64,000 bases of DNA from Phaeosaccion multiseriatum (taxonomy: Eukaryota > Protista > Ochrophyta, other classes): the NCBI GenBank assembly GCA_965112735.1, contig OZ218964.1, positions 1,860,001 through 1,924,000 of the forward strand, written 5' to 3'. The first letter of the stretch is position 1. Each line of letters starts with the position of its first letter. Made by a program: the position numbers and the translations under genes. Of the stretch, positions 11,852 through 26,240 are shown in pieces. Under the pieces are notes generated by a model that had not been told where the DNA came from, did not search any database, and saw nothing but the letters and a program-made list of their open reading frames with translations.

Positions 11852-13055
11852 GGGAGGGAGGGAGGGAGGGAGGGAGGGAGGGAGGGAGGGAGGGAGGGAG
11901 GGAGGGAGGGAGGGAGGGAGGGAGGGAGGGAGGGAGGGAGGGAGGGAGGGAGGGAGGGAGGGAGGGAGGGAGGGAGGGAGGGAGGGAGGGAGGGAGGGAG
12001 GGAGGGAGGGAGGGAGGGAGGGAGGGAGGGAGGGAGGGAGGGAGGGAGGGAGGGAGGGAGGGAGGGAGGGAGGGAGGGAGGGAGGGAGGGAGGGAGGGAG
12101 GGAGGGAGGGAGGGAGGGAGGGAGGGAGGGAGGGAGGGAGGGAGGGAGGGAGGGAGGGAGGGAGGGAGGGAGGGAGGGAGGGAGGGAGGGAGGGAGGGAG
12201 GGAGGGAGGGAGGGAGGGAGGGAGGGAGGGAGGGAGGGAGGGAGGGAGGGAGGGAGGGAGGGAGGGAGGGAGGGAGGGAGGGAGGGAGGGAGGGAGGGAG
12301 GGAGGGAGGGAGGGAGGGAGGGAGGGAGGGAGGGAGGGAGGGAGGGAGGGAGGGAGGGAGGGAGGGAGGGAGGGAGGGAGGGAGGGAGGGAGGGAGGGAG
12401 GGAGGGAGGGAGGGAGGGAGGGAGGGAGGGAGGGAGGGAGGGAGGGAGGGAGGGAGGGAGGGAGGGAGGGAGGGAGGGAGGGAGGGAGGGAGGGAGGGAG
12501 GGAGGGAGGGAGGGAGGGAGGGAGGGAGGGAGGGAGGGAGGGAGGGAGGGAGGGAGGGAGGGAGGGAGGGAGGGAGGGAGGGAGGGAGGGAGGGAGGGAG
12601 GGAGGGAGGGAGGGAGGGAGGGAGGGAGGGAGGGAGGGAGGGAGGGAGGGAGGGAGGGAGGGAGGGAGGGAGGGAGGGAGGGAGGGAGGGAGGGAGGGAG
12701 GGAGGGAGGGAGGGAGGGAGGGAGGGAGGGAGGGAGGGAGGGAGGGAGGGAGGGAGGGAGGGAGGGAGGGAGGGAGGGAGGGAGGGAGGGAGGGAGGGAG
12801 GGAGGGAGGGAGGGAGGGAGGGAGGGAGGGAGGGAGGGAGGGAGGGAGGGAGGGAGGGAGGGAGGGAGGGAGGGAGGGAGGGAGGGAGGGAGGGAGGGAG
12901 GGAGGGAGGGAGGGAGGGAGGGAGGGAGGGAGGGAGGGAGGGAGGGAGGGAGGGAGGGAGGGAGGGAGGGAGGGAGGGAGGGAGGGAGGGAGGGAGGGAG
13001 GGAGGGAGGGAGGGAGGGAGGGAGGGAGGGAGGGAGGGAGGGAGGGAGGGAGGGA
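11852..13055 (+). repeat. Perfect (GGGA)n tetranucleotide tract, 1204 bp = 301 units
   Basis: Uninterrupted GGGA repeat read directly from the sequence. Confidence 0.98.
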
Positions 13056-13056
13056 G

Positions 13057-13124
13057 TCGACCCTGGACACAAGATCATCTGATTCTGATTACGGCCGGCA
13101 CACCGTAGTCTTGTCCAGGGTCGA
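13057..13124 (+). mobile_element. Small TIR element 'B2' (68 bp)
   Basis: 13-bp inverted ends TCGACCCTGGACA / TGTCCAGGGTCGA; one internal CTGATTACGGCCGGC unit; same orientation as B1. Confidence 0.82.
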
Positions 13125-13421
13125 TAGGCCTAGGCCGGGGGGGCTGCGCCAAAAATAGGCCTAGGCCGGGGACCTGCGGCCCCCTCTAGGCCTAGGCCGG
13201 GGGCCTGCGGCCCCCCTAGGCCGGCCGAATTTCGTCTCTAGGCCTAGGCTTCTAGGCCAGTCTGGAGCCGATTAGCCACCGAGGGTCCGCTTAATTCATT
13301 CTATTCCTCAGTTCATTCGAGGTCAAATCATGAAGATCTTTTTTTGTTACACTTTTTTTCGTTTTATTACAACCAGCCTTCCACCACCACCACAACTGCC
13401 GGGGAGAATACTACTCATTCC

Positions 13422-16188
<2,767 letters not shown>

Positions 16189-16587
16189 GGCAAACGTCCT
16201 TTCCTTCCAGGAGGACTCGTAGCAGAGGGAAGGTTGAACAGTGAGATGGAAGGCAAAGATGGAAAGGGTTATCCCTCAGTTAGGGGGGGTTACCGTAAGT
16301 TGGCCAGTACGACCACACCAGTAAGATCCTCTAGGTACGCCCAGCACACCCTTCGGATGCACACGAGGGATCGTAGCGGAGGGCAAAGAAAGGAGAATAC
16401 GAGGAAGAATGGGCAAAAAGAAGAAGGTGAAACTAAAATTCGTCTCCTTGACAGATGCGCCCAAATTCATCCCCTTTTAAAGGCTAGTGTAGGGAAGACT
16501 TATTTCCAGCACTGCCACCAGAGACGCAGCATGATTGATCTCCTACGAGGCATTGTAATATAAGAGTGGAGAGAGAGAGAGAAAGGA

Positions 16588-16889
16588 ATGGTGGGGATGC
16601 TTCGCGACTCCGCCAAGCTGCTGCTCCTGTATTTTATTAGGTCGGCCTCTTGCTACTCATCCAGTTCCGCGGCTGTTCACATCCGCCTGGCCAGGAAAAG
16701 GTGAGTGTTCCGTGACCTCTCCCTCACACCTGTGTCTCTCTCTCTCTCTGTCCCTCTCTCTCTGTCTCTCTCCGTGTCTGTCTCCCTCTCTCGCTCCATC
16801 TCCCCCTCACCCTCTCCCCCTCCCTCTCTCCCCTGTCTTTTCTCCCCCTCTCTTTTCTTTCTGTTGTTTTCTTTTTCTTCCTCTCTTTC

Positions 16890-16928
<39 letters not shown>

Positions 16929-17853
16929 CTCTTCTCTCTTCCCCTCTTTCTCCCTCTCTCTCCCCACCCCCGCCTTCCCCCCCCCCCCCCCTTCTCTCTT
17001 TCTCTCTGTCTGTCGGTCTCTCCCATGTCTTCCTCACCCTCTCCCTCTGCCCCCTCGCCCCCCCTCTCTCCCTCTCATGGTTTAACGTCTTGTTGCCCTT
17101 GCTTCCCCCCCCCCCCACACACACAGTGACATACCCTGTATTCAGTCATGCAATCTGCAGACCCTGCCCGAGAACTATTCGCTCGATTTTTACAAGCAAG
17201 AGCTCACTCGCTTCCCCCACCTGTCGCTCGTCGCTGAGCGAACACCCGAGCAGCCAGAAGATGACGCTGAAGGTAAGGGGCGGCTTGTTTCTTTGGAAGG
17301 TGTGAACAATATCCCTGAGTACTGACTTGCTCACTCCCCACCACGTGATTCTTTCGTCAGTCGTTGGCTACTGTTTGGGAAGGGTCGCGGTGGACAGACA
17401 AACACGCGTTACAGCAGGGCACGTAACGTCGCTGGCTGTGCTGCCCGCGTACCGGAGAGGCGGCGTAGGCAACATGCTCATTTCAACCCTTCACAATCAG
17501 ATGGCGAGGTGCTACAAAGCCGACACCATCAGTCTGCACGTGCGCATGTCCAACAAGGGTGCCATCCACCTCTACGAGGTGTTGGGGTATCACGTGGCCC
17601 AAGTGATCGAGGCGTACTACCAAGACGGAGAGGCGGCCTTCTTCATGCAGAGGGCACTGGGGAACTTGCCGGAGCTCAGCAACTTTCCCCAGGGGGCATC
17701 TGAGCACCCGGTTGGTCTGCCGGAGGATACTCAGAAAGTGTTGCTCCAGGCCCAGGCGCAGCAGCCCCGTGGATATGAACAGCCGCAGCAGCCACCGCGC
17801 CAGCAACGGCACCAGCCACCGCAGCAGCAGCCGCCGCCGCAGCAACCGCCGCC

Positions 17854-17893
<40 letters not shown>

Positions 17894-17959
17894 CAACAGC
17901 AGCAACAGCACCAGCCTCTCCAGGGCTTCTTCGGGATGTTTCGGAAGCCGAGGCAATGA
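16588..17959 (+). CDS. NAA10/ARD1-like GNAT N-acetyltransferase with N-terminal extension and C-terminal polyQ
   Basis: IRLARKS|DIPCIQSCNLQTLPENY...VVGYCLG...GHVTSLAVLPAYRRGGVG...SLHVRMSNKGAIHLY...YYQDGEAAFFM; first intron 16701-17126. Confidence 0.85.
16715..17075. repeat. Polypyrimidine (CT/CTTT) microsatellite-rich intron
   Basis: Direct reading. Confidence 0.85.
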
Positions 17960-18299
17960 GTCCTTGAGTTGATTGATCATGTATATAGTGTACTTGGGGC
18001 TTCATAGTGCTTGGGGCTTGCAAACAAGGGGGGCGGGTGCTGTATGTGTTTTGAGCTTGCGCCGTCTTCGATCGACGGCTGCCATGGACTTGCAAGAACT
18101 CCACTACAGCGAACAATGTGTGGTCAGGAGAAGCAAAGGAGTCCGGGCCATAGGTTCGGGCGCCAAGCCCCGTAACTCACCAATCAATGCAATGTCGAGG
18201 TGGTCGTAGGTCGAAATGAAGAATTCGCAGATGGCATACGGAGCGCCAACGGCTTCACTTTTTTTTAACGCTCTTTCCCACCGATTCACACCTTTGCCG

Positions 18300-20085
18300 A
18301 TGGAGGGCTGGGCAAGACCTCCCGAGAAGCGTGCTCACTCGTCGTCATCGGCCATACTTGCTGCCCTAAAGGGGCTACAAGAAACGATTCGATCGCTGGA
18401 GGTACGCACACTTTTTTCTTTCCCATCTCTGTTCCGGCTCTCTCCTCAGTCAGTATGTTCCTTTGCACATCAGGGCGAGCATCGAGCGCTGCAGGAAGAA
18501 TGTCGGGTGCAGAAGGACGAGCTGTCCCGAAAAGAGGGGGAGAACAGCCACGTGAGAGAGATTGCCGCTCTCCAGCTCGGAGAAGAGGAGGCAGCGCAAA
18601 GACTCAGATTCGAGAGGCTTGTCGTCGAGAAAACCTTTTTGGATAGCCAGCTCGCGGCCGCTGAGAGTGATAAAAGGTACTTGACGCGAAGCAAGGGTTT
18701 GGCCCCGTAACTTCCCCACTCCCACACGCCCCTTCTCACCAAGAGGACCTTGTTGCCGCTACCGCTACGACGTTTGCTTGGTCGATTGGGCAGAGCCGCG
18801 CTGATCAAGAGAGAGGAATGGGAGCTGGCTGCTCAACGAGCGGAGGGAGAAAAGCGCAGAACGCAAGAAGTTTTGAAAGGGCTGGAGCAAAGAGAAGAGG
18901 ACGCTAAAGAGCTCCTACGGTTCGCAGAGAGCACGGACGGAGGCCTGGAGGGGGAAGACGAGCGACAAGAGACGAACCAGGGGGAGCAGGTGCGCTCATG
19001 ACGTTGTTGAAGAGTACGTGCAGTTGTTATGTTCTCATGCTATTCTTCATCCGCACTCTGTCAAAGATGGAGGAACTGCAGCAAAAGATCCGTGACGTGA
19101 AGCAAGTCCTTGAAGCCGAGAGGGAACGGCGGAGCAAGCTGGACAGCAAACACCAACGAATAGAAGAAGAAAAAGGCGAGCTTCGCCAGTTCGTCAAAGG
19201 AATCTTGGTGAGGAATGTCCTAGGGAGGAGTTACCAGTACATAAGTAGCGTGCGAGTGAGTGAGCTGACGTAACTGCACTGCTGCATTCTGCCGTGACCG
19301 CAGGAGGTGAACAGGAGCCTCGTGGATGGTATAGTCGGTGTTCCGTCTTCCACCACGAGTAGTGGCCCGAGACTTGGCAAGAAACCACCCAAGGAGGTAG
19401 GGCAGGAGGCCCGAACTGCTGCGCAACGGACCGCCCCGGAGGGCGAGGCCCAACAGCCGGCTTCTGTTGTTGCTGAGATTGCTGCGGGCAGTGCTGAACC
19501 TCCTCACCCTCCAGAGAAGAAGTTACGCAGCCCACAGCCCAAGCTACAGAGCCCACAGCCCACCCTCCGCAGTGCCATCCCGCAGCTGGCCTGCAGCCCG
19601 GAGACGTCGCAGAGAGCGGAGAGGGAGCCATACTCCTTCGCGCACAGCCCCCCACCAAGGAGTAGCCAAATGACTTACAACAAGGCGCAGCTGGCGGACA
19701 GTCAGGGCACTCTCCGCTCTCTACTCGAGCAGCTCGAAGGGGAGTTCCAGCAGCTGCAAGGTGCGCAATACGTCCAAGTGAAGTGAAGCGAGCAATCATG
19801 TCAGGCAACACAAAGATGACCCAACCAAACTTGCCGCCCCCCTCCCCCCTTCTAGCAGGCCGCTACCGGGAGCTGGTTAGCGCCAGAGATGACGCTGCCG
19901 GGGCGGATCGAGCGCGCCTTCTCGCGGAGGCCATTGAGAGCATGCAGGGCAAGGGCCAGCAGGTCAATGACCTCAGAGCGGCCCTCGGGGCTTTGGACAC
20001 TCTCCCTGTCGACCCGCCGCTTGTGGAGAGCCCGCAGCACAGCAGGCGGCGAGCTGCTGCCATGCGGGCTCTAGGCGCTGACTGA
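18300..20085 (+). CDS. CEP57-like centrosomal coiled-coil protein, multi-exon
   Basis: N-terminal AILAALKGLQETIRSLE resembles the Cep57 centrosome-localisation start; C-terminal LLEQLEGEFQQLQGRYREL...IESMQGKGQQVNDL resembles the Cep57 microtubule-binding domain (recalled similarity). Confidence 0.65.
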
Positions 20086-20246
20086 GTCTTTGTCTTTTTA
20101 CTGCCTCAGGGACAGACAGCTTAGCGGCGAGGACAGTTGGTGGGGTTTTTAGAGATAAAAGCTCTACCCAACGAACGGGGCCTCTCTCTCTCTCTCTGTC
20201 TCTCAACTATCAAGTCAAGCGGTGTGTGATTGTGAGGTTATTTCTA

Positions 20247-23200
20247 CTAATCTTCACATGCCTTGGACAGGAAGTTGAGCGTGTACAAGTTCTCGTCCAC
20301 CAGCTTGAACAAGTCCGCCTCGTGGCTGGCGATGGCCCTCTGCAGGCCGCGCATGACGCTGGTGCACTTGGTGTTGGCCGTCTGCGTCATGAGCCACTTG
20401 CCATGTACGTGCAGCGCGGCCTTGCACCATGCCAAATGGAACTCGAGGTGCCGCGACGTCACTACGCGCTCCGTCAAAATCTCCAGCAGCTTGCGGGAGT
20501 ACGCACTCGGCAGCGCTCTGGTGCGGTGCGGCGCGGAGAAGAAGAAGAAGGAGGAGGAGGAGGAGGAGGAGGAGGAGGAGGAGGAGGAGGAGGAGGAGGA
20601 GGACTAAGCATCAGTCATACGCATCGGTCAAGCATCTTTCACTCTCTCAATAGTGGAGACAATAATACTACTAAAGGTCCTTCCTTCTGCCCCCCAACAC
20701 CCCAGTCCCTCACCTCGCTACCAGCAGCACTTGCTCCAATGGCACCGCGTCCACCGCCTTGGCTGCCACTGCGTCCTCGTTGAGATGAAACGCCATGACC
20801 AGCGCCATCGCCCACTCCCTCCTCCCCAGCGCGGCCATCACAGAGGCCGGCGTGATGCTCTCGTCGAGTTCGAAGGGATCGAACATGACATCTTCGTCCA
20901 GCGAGTACACGAGCAGACCTTCTGTGGTGGTGGCCGCCCACTCCTGCCCCGTCGGGCTGAAACGCACGCAGGTGGTACGCGCCTCCGCCTTCGAGCGCCT
21001 CGACCCATCCTGCCCTCGTTTGGACCCCGGGAGCGCATTCCCGTCCCCTTGGGTACCACGAGGCCCACCTGCAGGCCGCACGCCCTCGTCATCGCTCACG
21101 TCCAGCAAGTCCAGCGAGCCTGCCTCGGTGAGGCGGTTGCTGTGCAGCTGGTCCAGCACGCCGTCCAGGCTGCGGTTGTGCGTGACTTGAAACTTCTTGA
21201 TGAGGATGCGCTGCGACACCTCATAAATGCACACAAACTTGGACTCCCCTCCCGCAATCACACACGTGCCATCGGCAGTGTACGCACAGCTCGTAAAGTA
21301 AGCACTCTTGCCCGCAGTTTCCGCCGTCACCATGTCGTGGCTCCGTCGGCCTCCTGCGATATCCCTCCTCCCCTCAATGGTGCTCAACAGCGCTCCTTCC
21401 TCCACGTCCCAAATCTGGAGCTGCCCCGCCAGTGTCGAGGCGCAAATCTCCTGCCCGTCCGGCCGAAAGCACACGGCCAGTACGTCGGTACTATGCTCCA
21501 GCGTCTTTCGATTGGGAAGCAGGGCATCGGATGGTGCGTTTGGAGGGGGGGAGGGAGGGAGGGAAGGGAGGGGGGAGAGGGATTCATTGTAGGAAGGGCT
21601 AGGAGTAGGAGTAGTTTACGTAGCATGGTGCCGAAGACAACAGACAAGACGCGCTTTCATGGTTGACCTACCTCAATGCATTCTTGTTTGAACACGTTCC
21701 AGAGCTTCACGGTGCCGTCCCAGCTCGCCGACGCCATGACCGCTTGTGTGGGGCTAAAGGCCAGTGCGGACAGCGGCGCCTCATGCCCTGCGAACACGTC
21801 GAGCAGCTTGCCTGTCTGCAGAGACCACACATACACCTCGAAGGGCTCTACGGCCCCGGCCACGACCACCTCGCCCGCCGGGTCAAGCGTCAAGCATGTG
21901 AGTTGCACTGGAGTCGGCGTTGTGAGCGTCCGGAAGTTTCGATATCGAACGAGGTCATAGGCGCGGACAGTGCCGTCGAGAGACGAGCTCAGCACCGCAG
22001 AACCATTGCTGGTAAACGCCACGTCAGTGACTGGCGCCTCGTGGTCCGCGAAAGTGACAAAGCAAAAGCCTGAGGTCGTGCTCCACAGCTTGAGCTTGTG
22101 ATCCTCGCCCCCCGTGGCACATACAGAGCCGTTGGGGCTAAATGCCAGGCTATTGAGTCCGTAGTTGTGGCCCTGCTGCTTGATGACATACGTCTCGCTC
22201 TGCCACTCCCACACGAGCAGCTGACCGAGGCTGGGGCAGCCGAAGGCAAGCCAGTCTGCGCCGTGATTGATGGCGCAAGTGGATATGTCCTTTTGGCCGA
22301 CACTGAGGGTGTGCAACATGACACAGCCGGGCATTTCGTACAGTCCGAAGATACCACTGCTAAAGCCCACGACCAGCAGGGACTGTGCGTGTCAATAACA
22401 ACAACAACAACAACAACAACAAGGAGAGAGCGAGATTGGATGGGTGTTCAAAGCGCTTATCCTTGGAAACCCCCCCCCCCTCACAGAGACGAGAGAAACA
22501 AGGACTAAACTGTGTACCTGGCGGGCGTGAAAGGCGACGCTGGCAATGTCACATTTGCCGGGCCGCAAGAAGTGTTTGCTTTCCAGCTTCCACTGTCCAA
22601 GCTCTGTCGAAAACACGGCAGGTGCTGCCACTGCTGCTCCTCCTGCTTCCTCTGCATCATCGCTGTGCCACGCCCACGCGAATATGGCCCCATCTCTCGC
22701 CACGGTGTAGACTTCGCGTCCCGAGGACGAGAAAAATACGGCTTGGAGAATGTCGCGATGCCCTGACAGCGTGATTGGCACAAAGCCCGCCCCCCCTACC
22801 CCATCCCTGCCTCTCTTCAAGCCTCGTCGCTGGGGTAGGTCGGAGTCGCTGGCAAAGTAGAGCCGGGCAGACAAGTCTTTGCTGCCCGCGAGCAAGTGGT
22901 TCCCGTCAGGAGCCCAGTCTAAGCAAGTCACATCTAGCTTGTGCCCGCCGTATGTCCGGAACAGCGTCATGGGAGCGAAGTGGTGCCAATGGCCTGGGGT
23001 GTACCATACTTGCACCTGGAAAGTGAGGGCACAAGAGAAGTTAGCTTAGCTTTGCCTCACACCCAACAAGGATGAAGCCTTCTCTTCGCACAAACCTGCT
23101 TGCCCACAGCCACGGCGATGAACCTGTCGTTCGGACTGAACTCGACTGCCAAGACTCTCTTCTTGAAGTTCAGTCTGTGGAGAACTACTCTGCGCTGGAT

Positions 23201-23544
23201 GTTGACAAGGAGAGCTCGCCCATCTTCGTCGATCACAACCAGCAGTCTTCCATCGTGGCTGCAGCTGAGGAGGGTGATGTTCTTGCCTAATGAGCGGCAT
23301 GCCGTTGGGAAGGAGGGGGGCGGGGTGCGGGTTTGATTGTGTCTTCGAAGGGCATGCAGAGGCTGGCCACTCACTCACGTGCTTCAAAGGGCAGGACTCG
23401 GCTGGTGTGGTGCACCAGGTCCAAGAGCGCTACGCGGTTGCGCACGGGCGATAACACGGTCGTGCCATCGGGAGGAAGGAACAGCACATTCCCATTCGCG
23501 TATACGCTCCCAAGCAATTTGTTCAAGCGATAGCCAAACCTCAT
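20247..23544 (-). CDS. PWP2: Periodic tryptophan protein 2 (UTP1), WD40 SSU processome subunit
   Basis: MRFGYRLNKLLGSVYANGNVLF...LGQLLVWEWQSETYVIKQQGH...KLKLWSTTSGFCFVTF...VRAYDLVRYRNFRTLT...IEGRRDIAGGR...FDPFELD...HLEFHLAW. Confidence 0.95.
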
Positions 23545-23659
23545 CTTTCCCCCCCCCCAATTGTGTGGCGGTCACTCAGATGTAAGAGTTGGGCATCCCA
23601 ACCAACTGTGATCCCAACTGGTGCGAGCGAAAATCGGGCGCAGGGGTCTCCGGTCTCCG

Positions 23660-25918
23660 ATGGGGATAGAAGGAGATAACCCAACAGAACGGGGGCCACA
23701 GAAGGCTCAGGAGGAGTTTCCGAAGGAGGGGGGTTGTGGCTCGGCAACAACGCGGTTTCTCACATGGTACGGCCGGCGCCGACCCGTTTCACAAGCCGCC
23801 CAAGTCTCCCGCCTTTTCGCTCCCTACAGTAATTGCTGCCTTCCGCATCATTTGCTTGCACAGGCTCAAAGTGAATGGAGCTACTTTCGACAAAGTGTTA
23901 TGGCCTGCGATAGATGCAGGGACAGGCAGTCGCGGAGCCGTCGCTCTGGACGATATTGCCACGGGAGAGCCAATGATAGTTGGTACGTTGCGCGCACCCA
24001 ACGGCTTGCGGGTGACTTTACTCTCACTAATGCATCCTTGTGTACCGTCGCAGTGCCAGAGTGTCTAATGATGACGCCCAAACAGGCGGTGGCGCATCCC
24101 GTGATTGGCCATGTCTTCCGGGAGAACGAGACGTTGTTGAAGAACGACCATGCTCTCGCTCTGTACCTTATGTACGAAAAGCTCCAGGGAGAAAAGTCTT
24201 TCTACGCCCCCTTCCTGGCCATCCTTCCAGTCCCGCGTAACGCTACGCATTGGACCGACTTGCAGCTCGGACAGCTGCAAGACGAGAGGCTGGTGCAGGT
24301 ACGAATGGAGGGTTGGGGGGGCCCAGAGCTTTTTGTGGGCTATACATGTGCATAACGCACGCCACATCCCCCCATCCTTTCCCCCCCCCTCCAATCTCAT
24401 AGAGGTGCCGCGCTCGCAAGAGGCAGCTGTCGGCCATGTACGAGAGGACCATCGGGAGGCTGGTGGCGCTGTACCCGGGTGGGTGCCTATCAACTGGACG
24501 TGCTCTCTCTCTCCGGTTCTCTGACTCAAAGGCTGTTGTTATCATGTGATGTATTGGTCTTTTCAGACATCTTTTCTAGGGAGGTGTACACTCCGGAGCT
24601 GTTCAACTTCGCCTGGACAGTCATCCAAACGAGGGCGTTTGGCCGGCGGCTGCCGTGGTCCGCGTTGGTGCCCTTTGCGGACTGCCTCAACCACGGAAAC
24701 GTCCAGACCAAGTGAGTTCCGTTCACACATCACACACATTACACATGTATCGTGTACCGTGTTGACTGTGCTCAATCCTCTCTCCCCTCACAGTGTCTTG
24801 TCGTCCCACTGGCCTCGCTTGTTTCCACTGCTGGTTTGCCCCCCCCTCCCCCCTCCCGTTTCACGCGAAGGTACGACTTTAATGTGGATGGCAGCGGTGT
24901 CTTTAGGCTGTTCCCATCGGGCAGTAACAGCTACCCCCTGGGCTGCGAGGTGCTCAACAGCTACGGGAGACGGCCCAACGACAACCTCCTTGTGGAGTAC
25001 GGATTTGCGATGCTTGACAACGAGTGGGATGAGGTGGAGGTGAGTGCAAAGCAAGGCGAGCATGAACGGCCGAGTTTAACGAGCTCTCTTGCCCTTGTTG
25101 GCTGGCGTAGGTGCAAGTTTCTTTGGACCGCGAGTCCCCTCTGTATGACGAGCGGCGGATGCTGCTCCACGCTCACTCGAGCTACACGTCCAGGTGGGGC
25201 AGAGTGTTGGGGGGGGGATAAGGAAGAGTAGCTAAATGTAACGCTCAAGGGCCTTCCGGGCTTCTCCACCCCACGTGTTTTCTCTCTCAGGACCCTCCGC
25301 ATCAGGAGAGGCAAATTCCCTCGGAAGTTGCTTGAATTCTGCCGAGTGGCCACTTTACCTCGGGAGCGCGTTCAGACAGAGCTCAGAGACAGACAAGAGC
25401 TGGCCCGCAAGGAGGAAGAGCAGAGGGCCCTTCCTGCAAAGGAGAAGGTGGAGGCAACAGGTGCCACTGGGGACAAGTCTGCGGGGCCTTCTCTCTTGCA
25501 GTTGCTCAGCACTCTGCGGCTGGAGACCACCGCCGCTCCTCAGAGACGACTACAACCCGCGCTGCCGTATTCTGCAGCGTGTGAGCAGAGGGCATTGGAG
25601 TACGCCAAGGAGGTCCTTCAACGGCGCTTAGACGGCTTCCCCACCACCTTGGAACAAGATCTGCACCGCCGGGAGGAGCTATTGGAGTCACAAGGCGGGA
25701 CGGACAGAGAGGAGAGTGCGTTGTGCTACCGCATCACGTCCAAGCGGGTCTTGCTTTCCAACATTGCTTTGCTCGGTAAGGCCTTGCGGTACACTGCCGA
25801 GCTCCTCGGTGAGGCAGATGCAGCTCAGCCGGAGGAGGAGGAGGAGCACATCTTCGGCACCGACGAGGGTGGCGCCCTCCTCGCCTACCTAGTGCAGCTG
25901 GAGGACGCAGACAGGTAG
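23660..25918 (+). CDS. SET-domain methyltransferase, SETD3/Rubisco-LSMT-like
   Basis: RGAVALDDIATGEPMI, SFYAPFLAILP, FNFAWTVIQTRAF, LVPFADCLNH, EVLNSYGRRPNDNLLVEYGF, and C-terminal FPTTLEQD substrate-binding region. Confidence 0.88.
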
Positions 25919-26240
25919 AGGTAGAGCATCAGCGAAGGGGGAGGGGAATGCAGCAGGTTTGATTGCCCCATCCCCGACCTCGTCTTACATAGTGTATTGT
26001 ACAAAAAAGCTGCGAAGGGATACCGCTAGGCAAGGCAACGCACCCCTCAAAAGGGGGAGTGTTGGGACAGCCGCTTTTAAGAGAGTTAAGTCCTCTATTT
26101 ATATTGTGTATATATATATCATCCTATCTTCACAACAACTCGAAGGTCTTCGATCTGACGCTTTTGGTTCCCAGGGGCTGCTTTGCTCAGGCCCACCCGT
26201 ACAGAGTGGACTCTAGAGTAGAGGCCTTGCAGATTATACG

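Larger units (their letters stand above)
11560..13271. mobile_element. Non-autonomous TIR element 'A1' (TAGGCC-rich arms) with nested insertion
   Basis: Perfect 27-bp terminal inverted repeat TCGGCTCCAGACTGGCCTAGAAGCCTA (11560-11586 / 13245-13271); 6-bp direct repeat TTAGCC on both sides (11554-11559, 13272-13277); about 17 TAGGCC motifs in the arms. Confidence 0.9.

Noticed and set aside
11852-13055. Telomeric or interstitial telomeric repeat, or a scaffold misjoin
   Set aside because: GGGA is not a telomere motif I know for this group, and the matching 27-bp TIRs and TSD on both sides argue that the two flanks belong together.
11807-13082. 414-423-aa ORFs (PSLP / GREG repeats)
   Set aside because: Artefacts of translating the stop-free (GGGA)n tract.
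16677-17305. Low-complexity ORFs on both strands
   Set aside because: They overlap the CT-rich intron of the GNAT gene.
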